A DNA stretch of 64,000 bases from positions 124,001 through 188,000 of the forward strand of contig OX597824.1 of NCBI GenBank assembly GCA_951406725.2, read 5' to 3'. Of this stretch, positions 55,037 through 64,000 are shown piece after piece. The translations under genes were made by a program, and so were the position numbers. The notes below the pieces were generated by a model that saw only the letters and a program-made list of their open reading frames with translations, was not told the origin of the DNA and ran no database searches. How positions within the stretch are numbered: position 1 is the first letter of the stretch; each line of letters begins with the position of its first letter. This stretch comes from Octopus vulgaris. Lineage: Eukaryota.

Positions 55037-55250
55037 GGCCGGATTAATATCCATAGGGGCTCAAAGCCCTTAAAACGTTTTGGTGCCCCCGTTTTATATG
55101 TAAATTTAAACTATAAACAATAATAAACCATAAAATACATTTCTATTTTTCAAAATGGAAAAAAACCAACAGAAAGACTAAAATGGTCTTCGTTTTTTGT
55201 CTATCTTTGCACTTTATTTATATTTGTAACTTTTTTTTAATTGCAAAGCT
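55034..55250 (+). mobile_element. hAT-like left end
   Basis: TA|CAGGGCCGGATTAA start with GGGGC/GCCCC subterminal motifs; right end not found. Confidence 0.45.
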
Positions 55251-55276
55251 TTTGATCAGATCCTCACCATGACACC

Positions 55277-55576
55277 GTGAACACACAAACACATACACAC
55301 ATACACATACACACATACACACATACACATACACACATACATGCATATATACATACACACATACATACATACACACATACATATATACACACATACATAC
55401 ATACATATATACATACAAACACACACATACATACATACACACATACATACATATATACATACATACATACATATATACATACATATATACATACACACAT
55501 ATATACATGCATACATACATACATACATACACATATACATACATATATACATACACACACACATACATACATGCAA

Positions 55577-55609
<33 letters not shown>

Positions 55610-55638
55610 CATACATACATACATATATACATACATAT

Positions 55639-55669
<31 letters not shown>

Positions 55670-55797
55670 CATGCATACATACATACATACATACACACAT
55701 ACATACATACATACATACACACACACATACATATATACATACATACATATATACATACACACACACATACATACATATATACATACATACACACACA
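55277..55797. repeat. Compound (TACA)n/(CA)n microsatellite
   Basis: About 520 bp; source of six spurious ORFs. Confidence 0.97.
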
Positions 55798-55804
55798 TTC
55801 ATTT

Positions 55805-56960
55805 ATTCTTTTATCTGTTGCAGTCATTTGAATGCGGCCAAGCTGGAGCACCGCATTTAGTCAAGCAAATCAACCCCCAGGACTTATTCTTTCTAAGCCT
55901 AGTACTTATTCCATCGGTTTCTTTTGCCGAACCGCTCAGTTACGGGGACGTAAACACACTAGCATCGGTTGTCAAGTGATTTGAGGGACACACAAACATA
56001 TACACACATATATACCAATATATACAACGGGCTTCTTTCAGTTTCCCTCTACCAAATCCATTCACAAGGCTTTGGTCAACCCGAGGCTTTAGTAGAAGAC
56101 ACTCGCCCGAGGTGCCACGCAGTGGTACTGAACCCGGAACCAGGTGGTTTGCAGCAACCTACTTACCACACAGCCACTCCTATAAATACGTACACAAACT
56201 CCCTTCCTCACAAAAATTCATCATTTTTTCTTCTATTTTTTACTCATTTTAGCCATTAAATTGCGGCCAAGCCCGGGACCCGCCTCGAAGGCTTTAGTCG
56301 AACCCCTGCCCTCACCGAGACTTATGTTTTTGAAGTCTGGTGGTCCTTATTGTATCGGATATTTTTGCAGAACCTCTCAGTTGCGGGGACGTAAACACAA
56401 TGATACCGGTTGTCAAGAAGTTGTGGAGGACAAGCACAGACAGACACATCCACGCGCGCGCGCACCCTCACACACACACACACATATATTCTTTTACTTG
56501 TTTCAGTCATTTAACTGCGGCCATGCTGGAGCACCACTTTTAGGGGAACAAATCGATACGAGGACTTATTCTTTGAAAGCCTAGTACTTATTCTATCGGT
56601 TTCTTTTGCCGAATCGCTAAGTTACGGAGGTCCATAAACGCACCAACATCGATTGTCAAGCGATAGGTGGGGGTGAGGGACAAACACACACACACACACA
56701 TACGATGGGTTTCTTTCAGATTCCGTCTACCAAATCCGCTCACAAGACTTTAGGCGACCCGGGATTATAATAGAAGACACCTTCTCAAAGTGCCACGCAG
56801 TGGGACTGAACCCTGAACCCTGTGGCTGGGAAGCAAGACGGCTTCCTTTCAGTTTCCCCTCTAACAATTCCACTCACAAGGTTTTAGTCGACCCGGGGTT
56901 ATAGCAGAAGACACTTGCCCAAGCTGTCAAGCACTGGGACTGAACACGGAACCATGGAAT
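55805..56960 (-). mobile_element. Cluster of four co-oriented SINE family B copies
   Basis: Copies at ~55805-56183 (full), 56200-56440 (3' part), 56487-56840 (near full) and 56840-56960 (partial). Confidence 0.85.
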
Positions 56961-57986
56961 TTGTTTTCTTCCGCTTCATAATGTTTTCATTATTTCCCAC
57001 GCGCTTACCTCCTCAACCCTTCCCTCCCACATCAGTACCTCGCTCCCTCACCGTCAACGCCGCTACCCCCTCCCTACCATCACTTCTACCATCGTGGTCA
57101 ACGGCCTCATCGTCACCATTGACCAAGTCGTCAACACCATCACCACTAATATCAACAAGTAGCGCTACAACTTAACTGTCCCAGCTTCATCACCGCAGCT
57201 ACGACCCACCAACACCATCACCACCAGCCACAACAACACCAACACACCCACCATCAACGAAGACGCTCCTATCTGCTGGAAATAGCAGCCAAATACTTTT
57301 CAGATTACACCATACCATCCTGATAATAATAAAAAAAACATAATGGACACCATTATGTATAAGTGTTTTGTTGTATTGACTGAAAATAAAATGGCATAGT
57401 CATGATTGGAACGCTTTGCTCATAGATCTATTTAATCAGGGTAGACCTAGGGCTAAATATCACCACCACCACCACCACCACTGCAACAAACACTTCCTCA
57501 CCTGCCTCTCCGTCACTGCCTTCCGCCATGTTGAAATTATCGACTTACCTGGACGCCCATCTGTGAAACTCTCCACTCGGGTTTCTCTTACTTTATCGAG
57601 AGAGTTTGCTTTAGAAGAAGTTAAATTTTACTTAGTCCTGAATATATTATACTTAAAATGGAGCTTTCCGTTGAAGAACACGAACTTTTTAAATTATTAA
57701 TTTTATTTTTATGATTATCATTATTATTGTTATTATTACTAAATATTTTCCTCCGACGTCGCACCTGTTTACTGGCTGAAAAACCAAGCATTAGACTTGC
57801 CTTGTCTTAACTGGCTCAGTGAATCGTGAGTCACCTTCTCGACAAGTAAAACAAGACAACAGCTAACAAAACAAAACCAAGTGAACTACATTCTGCCTGT
57901 AAGTAGTTTACAGGTGTGTTGAAGTGAAGTTCACTCCTCGTCTACACACCTGTACACCAAATAAAATATTTTGTTTTGGTTTTCAG

Positions 57987-58044
57987 TGTATCCACTTTGG
58001 TTATATATACTTACACGTTAAAACACTTCTGCCTGGCACCATTG
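57987..58044 (+). other. Candidate 58-nt exon (internal or first exon)
   Basis: ttgttttggttttcag | … ATTG | gtgagt; the upstream TCAGT could also be an Inr; E-box cluster just upstream. Confidence 0.4.
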
Positions 58045-58279
58045 GTGAGTATTCAACTTTTCTCTTCATTGTTTCACTATTATAAATATATTAAATAATT
58101 ACATGCATCTCTCTCTCTCTCTCTATCTCTCTCTATCTATCTATCTGTCTGTCGTATTGTGTATGGGGAGAGTTATTCTCTTTTAGTGCTTTATTTCTTA
58201 ACACACTCACCGGTTCGATTTCCACTCATTTGTTTATTTTTCTAAAATGTTCGTTGCATCTTGCATATATACATACATA

Positions 58280-58365
58280 TATATATATATATATATTTGT
58301 GTGTGTATATAAACATGTATATAGCATATATATATATATTTGTGTGTGTATATAAACATGTATAT

Positions 58366-58402
<37 letters not shown>

Positions 58403-58469
58403 GTGTGTATATAAACATGTATATATCATATATATATATATATATATATATTTGTGTGTGTATATAAAC

Positions 58470-58480
<11 letters not shown>
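58280..58480. repeat. Minisatellite of ~45-55-bp units built on (TA)n
   Basis: TTTGTGTGTGTATATAAACATGTATATA repeated 4 times with variable (TA)n spacers. Confidence 0.9.
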
Positions 58481-58547
<67 letters not shown>

Positions 58548-60913
58548 AATAAAAAGTCCTTGGTGCAGTATTAATTCTTTTCTGATAATTTTTTTCAATT
58601 TAATAATTAGATGTTTATACATCATTCGGTGTTTACAAATCGTAAACACTTAAAGTTTATCAACGTCTATTTGAATTGATAACATTATCAGAAAAGCCGT
58701 TCTTCATTTTTTTTTTTTTCAAATATAAACACACACACACGTACCCCTGTGTATGTGTGTGTGTGTGTATATATAGATGTGTGTATGTATGATCCTTTTT
58801 AAAACTTGTAGCATCGACCTACATTCATCTTCCACTCCGAAAACTTTTCGAATCCTCGTATATTTTCTTTGTGATTTGCTTTTACAATCAAAATCCTGTA
58901 ATTTCGGTTAATCATTTATTTCTTCTTTTCCGGTTAATAAGTAAAAACATTTTGAAGTTGTATTTTGTGCAAACGATGTTGTTGAGAAATGAAAACAGGA
59001 GTCTTATTATACCTATTTATAGCTATTATTGTTAATTTGAACGGTTTGGTGAGTAGGAAGGTCCCTCAACCTTCCCTCGGCGCTAGATCCCGAGGGACAT
59101 CTTACCTGTGCTTTGTATGTGTGTGTGTTGGGAAAGAAATTTGCTGAAGTAGTATATTCTTGCCAGTTTAGCCTCTTGTTAAGCTTATTAATTAACCTAA
59201 ACATTACTAACCTGTCATTAATCTATGCAATATTTTCTTACCTGGATATTTAATTATTCATACATAGCTGTCCGTTCTAACGTGGCGACGACGACCACCA
59301 CCTCTTACGTCTTCTCACACAACATTTTAAAATATTTGATTTATGCCACGCAACTATGACATACACTCAATTATTTCGATTTAAATAAAAGCAAAGGCCA
59401 AAACTAGACAGCCATCTATGGGTAATTAATTAATAATTAATCATAAGATACTTTTACTTCCTAGAGTGTGCTGTCTATGAAACACCTTGAAGTAATTAAA
59501 AGACAACAGGAAGCTAACCAGACACACAGCTCTGAAAGGGCGTGGAGTGTTAAGCAACTCTCTTTACTAAAGTACAGAGGAATTAACTCCCTAAAATAGT
59601 TCACTTCCTCGACGGAGCAATCTCGCCTTTTTATGAAACATACTCACCGAAGTAAATAGACGACAGGAAGCCACCCACAACTTTATAATGGCGTGGTGTG
59701 TTAAACAAAACAACCCACTTTTATTAAAAAGATCCTCATAAAGTTTGGTCCCTGTTTTCTTGAGTCTTACTTTTGCTTTTGAAAATTTAATTCTGGCTTG
59801 GTGTTCCAATCTAACCGGCCTTCAGTCGAGTTCTGTTTTACTCTACCTTTAGTATTCGGGGGACTATTTCCCCCACCACCTTTGGCACCTATGTGCTCAC
59901 ATGGTTGTGTGTTTGTATACAGACTAATTTATAAATAATTTCATAAACTGTTCCTCTTCTCCCTTCACCTGGAACTCTATTATTTAAACAAGCTTTATTC
60001 GATGCTATTTTTGTCTTATTGTCATTTATTAAAAATAAAATTAGTAGAGCAGAAATGATTTCAAATACTTTTCCGTGGTGGTAATAGTAGTAGTAGTAGT
60101 AGTTATTGTTGTTGTTGTTTAACCCAAGGTCGGTACTAAACGAGCAAACTTCTGACCAATATGATCAAAGACTTTTCTCCCGTTATCATTCCCTTTTTTT
60201 TTTATTTCTTTTCGGCAGCATTTTGAAATGACTGTACCTCCAAGTCCCATGTCTCATAGGAAAAGAAAAGGGTTGTCTTTTTTCCTATCAGTTTTTAAAA
60301 ATTTTCTTGTGTTTCATTCAATCTTCCCAATCCGTCTCTTTTCCAATTCCTATGAAATATGTCTTTGAGATAACCATTTCAAAACTCTGCATTTTCATTC
60401 TAGAACCACTTTATCAAAAATATATATTCATAGTTTCTGTCTTTTAAAAACAGTAGTATGTTAGTTGAAATTAATTTTGGCTGCTGCTTCTAGCTAATCG
60501 AATAACCACTGACGAAGGCATCAATTAAATTTAATCTTCTTGATGATGTTTCGCCGCTAATTTCGTCTTTTTCACGAGAACCTAAATCATAAATATTTAA
60601 TTCTCTGGTTTATCTATTCGTAAACAATAATTTGCTGTAATAATACGGTCGAAATCAACTGGAGTAAAGAAAATTAAATTGAATTTCTGAACTTTGTAAC
60701 CTGAACAACTTTTCAAGATGTCCCTCAAGTCGGAAGTTTTATGAAATGAAATCCAGCATAATAGATAATAAACATGTCACTACGAGCCAGCTAGCCAACT
60801 CATATTGCTATTAAATCTTGACAGATCTTTCTTGCTTGTTACTTTATGACACCATTTCATTCAACGATGTTTAGCTTTTTCTAAACGTGTGCACTTAATA
60901 AATAAATAAATAA

Positions 60914-60971
<58 letters not shown>

Positions 60972-61369
60972 TATTGTTCTTTTTTTCCTCTTCCTTTAAT
61001 ATCCTCTGTATTTATTATTCTTTCAAGTGTTCCATTTTTTATGTCTGTGTGACTGAAAATTGTTTTTACATATTCTTTTACTTTCTTATATATACACGTC
61101 TAGTGTATATTTGTTTATCAGTATATAATTTAAACAAATATCCACCTATATATAACATATCTCCTAGCACTAACACATGATCCCTCTCAACTCTGTATTG
61201 TGGTTAGAGCCATGAGAATTTATATGACGGTATTGTTAGAACCATCAAATATTAAAATACTCTTCAGTAACAATATGTTAACCACATAAAACTATTAATG
61301 TCACTTTTCAAGCTTAGCTTGTGTTTTTTTTTGTTTTTTTTAATATCTAGAAATGAAATATATTGATTT

Positions 61370-61580
61370 TTAAAGTTTGCCACAAGGCCAGCAAATTCGG
61401 GAGAGGGGGTTAAGTCGGTTACATTGATACGGTGTTCAACTGGTACTGAATCTATCGACTCCTAAAGAATGGAAGCAAAGTTGACCTCGGCGACACTTGA
61501 ACCCTGGACATAAAGACGGACGAAATGCCGCTAAGCATTTTTCCCGGCGCGCTAACGATTGTGCCAGCTCGCCGCCTTAA
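61370..61580 (-). mobile_element. SINE family A
   Basis: GCAAAGTTGACCTCGGCG…GCTAACGATTGTGCCAGCTCGCCGCC. Confidence 0.85.
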
Positions 61581-62566
61581 AGAAATATTCCAAGTGATTC
61601 TAAGACGAGTTTTTTTGTTTCCGGAGAGGAACAAAAGAAACAAAAATACGTCTAAAATAAAATGTTGAGGTTCATAATACAAACAGTTATTCTCCTTCCC
61701 GATGAAAGAACAATTAATTGAAAAGGCGGCACTAAGGGATTTACGCCGCACATAATATATATCAGCCTATTCTTATGCACAACTTTTCTCTTCCAAACGA
61801 TCTTGTAAAAGAACATTTTGCCCCATTTATGATCCGGTGTTTTTAGGTCTTATACACCCACATCTGAGCAATAGGCTGGGCCCTACGAATCACCTGTTTT
61901 CAGCCAGAGTTCTCTAGGGGTTTTCTCAAAAGTCTCTATGTTGTTCTTGATGGCTATTCTTCTACTCTTTCCTGGAATCCCCAAGGTTCCATTGGACTTA
62001 CTCTGGAACAAACTTTGAACTCAACTCTCCACTTCTGCTGGCAAACTCCTGGCCCTCCCCCCAATACTTTACTCTTTCCCTCTCTTGTGCCTCTTCCATC
62101 CTCTCCTCGCAGGACACAACTTCAATAGGATTAGCTACTTTGTTATCTCAGAACTGATTCTACTTGGTTCCAGCAAGGTCCGGGTGATTGGAACTTTAGC
62201 TACTTCTCCTGCTCAACTTTCATCATCTAATCACAATCTTTGCAAAGCAAACCATCAGAGCTCTCCATCAGTCTTCTCTTTAGCCTCTCCTTTTCCTCAC
62301 CAAAGGCTATCTTTCTGGCTGTAGTCTGGCCATTTCTGCTGTCACTGACCCTTTGATTAGGTTCTCGCGACCATCATTGATTACCCCAATGATGGTCTTG
62401 AGGATCTAATCATACCTCCAGCAGTAGTGTACCTTGAAGCAGTTGCGTAAGATCTTTTGCGGGTTCCTGTCTTAGAACACAATCATGAACTGATGTATCA
62501 ATGAGGGTGAACCGATGCAGTTACTTGACTTTTATGATTGTAAAAGGAAATGGCACATTGTGCTCT

Positions 62567-62610
62567 TAACCACTACGCCATATTTCCATGGGCATATGGC
62601 GTAGTGGTTA
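62567..62610. repeat. Perfect 17-bp inverted repeat made of two head-to-head Pol III A-box-like SINE heads
   Basis: TAACCACTACGCCATAT-ttccatgggc-ATATGGCGTAGTGGTTA; TGGCGTAGTGG fits TRGCNNARYGG. Confidence 0.75.
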
Positions 62611-62739
62611 TTATAGTTGTAGTAGAAAAGACAAAGAGAAAATTCCTTAAGTACAGTTGTGAGCCAGAAGACGGAGGGAGTCTGTTAGTGAATGAATGCC
62701 AATTAGTTGAACCACTTGTGTCTGAATTCAGTCCTGCAG

Positions 62740-62890
62740 GTGTGTCTGTCTGTCTAGCAGAAGCAGCAGCACCACTGTCCTAGTTATGCAAACAATATTC
62801 CATCATGGTTCTCACTTGAGTCTTGTAGAATGTCAGCAGTTGTTAAGGGCTGAAATTTTTTTTCTGCCACTGAAGTAAAATGCCTGGCTG
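62740..62890 (-). mobile_element. CR1/Zenon-like LINE fragment
   Basis: Minus strand FSP*QLLTFYKTQVRTMMEYC (cf. LL.LYKAQVRP.MEYC). Confidence 0.6.
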
Positions 62891-63119
62891 AAACTAGTTC
62901 TGTAGTACAAATGTCTTGTTTTCCAAAGTTTTGAATTAAAATCTTCCACCAAACCTCAGTCACAATTTATGTTCCTAACACTAGCTGAATGATAACTAAG
63001 TTATTTTACTAAATTCTTTGTTATATTAAAATTAATTGAAAGAAACACAGAGCATCTCAAAATAAATATGGTACCGAAAGGCTTAAACTTAGGTGGGTAG
63101 CCAAACTTTCTGAGACTGT

Positions 63120-64000
63120 CACACAGAAGTTCCCTGTTTATTGTGTTAAATGTTTCCATTAAAGTCACAGTGAACAGTGCCTAGTAGTGTTCCTTGCATT
63201 CATCATGAAAATGCCTTGTAGATCAAATATGTTTCAGCCCCTGCAGAAACCATATTGTAACTTTGGTATGATGTTCTCTGATATGAACAGGCCCTTTTTC
63301 TTCAGGATAACCTTGGCCTTGACCTTTTTTAAAAATGATCTGCTGACTTTTGTATCCTTTCAATGTTATAGTATTTATTTCTGATTTCATGCTTCTGTGA
63401 TGTAAAATGAAGAAATCTTGTGTATACATTATCACCTTTCCGGAAAATACCTTCTGTAATATTGTCTGGCCCATGAGCCAGATTGTGCTGGCAGCACCAA
63501 CTTCACCCCATGTTGGTGGTTTGTCAAGGTGGTGGGTAAGGAGTATTTCACAAAATTCTTCTGTGATTGCCAAATCCATTGCTTTAGGAATTGGTTTAAG
63601 AGATCTTTCAAATGTTCTACTAAAGTTGACAGATCCTGTCTTTTAGAAGTGCTTCTGATAACTGGTACTATGGAATAGTTACCAAGACCATAAAGAGTCC
63701 TGATTGCATCATAGAAACTGCATCTCATAAATGTCTTCATGCATCTAAATGTTTTGGGCTTTTGCGACCAATTAACCATTCTTCAGAGTGTGAAGGGCAG
63801 ATTGGATCTCACTGATTTTCAGAATATGTGATGAGGAATTTCCTAGACTTGTTTTGTGGGCATTGTGTATGTCATTCAGGAACTTGCTTATTTTGCAAGT
63901 TCTCATTGAACTTGCTTAGGTGATTTTTTTTTGTTTTGTAGTTTATGGCTTCAACAGCAACATTAAGGGCTGTGGAACTTAAAGAGTACCATTTGTCATC
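63120..64000 (-). mobile_element. RTE-clade LINE fragment (pre-RT to RT start), decayed
   Basis: FYDAIRTLYG…VPV, EHLKDLLNQ, ENIIPKLQYGFCRG and FNTINRE motifs on the minus strand. Confidence 0.65.

Noticed and set aside
58280-58480. Repeat-spacer periodicity superficially like a CRISPR array
   Set aside because: Spacers are plain (TA)n; eukaryotic context; no cas genes.
60505-60560. CTGACGAAGGC motif
   Set aside because: No closing stem II or GAAA on the same strand; adjoins a family D repeat.
62895-63087. AT-rich segment ending CGAAAGGCTTAA, like a piggyBac MITE end
   Set aside because: Matching left TIR and TTAA site not found.

Overview
AT-rich, repeat-saturated eukaryotic genomic DNA, most likely an octopus (Octopus sp.). 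That assignment is inferred from the SINE families, the extreme microsatellite density and the TE mix. Nearly all long ORFs in the track are (TA)n/(CA)n/(TATG)n or trinucleotide-repeat artefacts. Supported content: three non-autonomous Helitrons with TC...CTAG ends at AT targets; decayed LINEs of the CR1, RTE and R4/Dong (RLE endonuclease) clades; Penelope-like element (PLE) remnants; mariner/Tc1 and hAT-type MITEs; and about 25 SINE copies. Only a few short candidate + strand exons are visible, one encoding a PDZ-like half-domain, so the window is probably mostly intronic or intergenic. The most unusual signal is a set of type I hammerhead-ribozyme motifs. Two of them have unusually long (>100 nt), structured stem II extensions and sit in long fold-back repeats; in one fold-back a Helitron has inserted into one arm while the other arm preserves the empty site. 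Coordinates of decayed elements are approximate and no searches were run.
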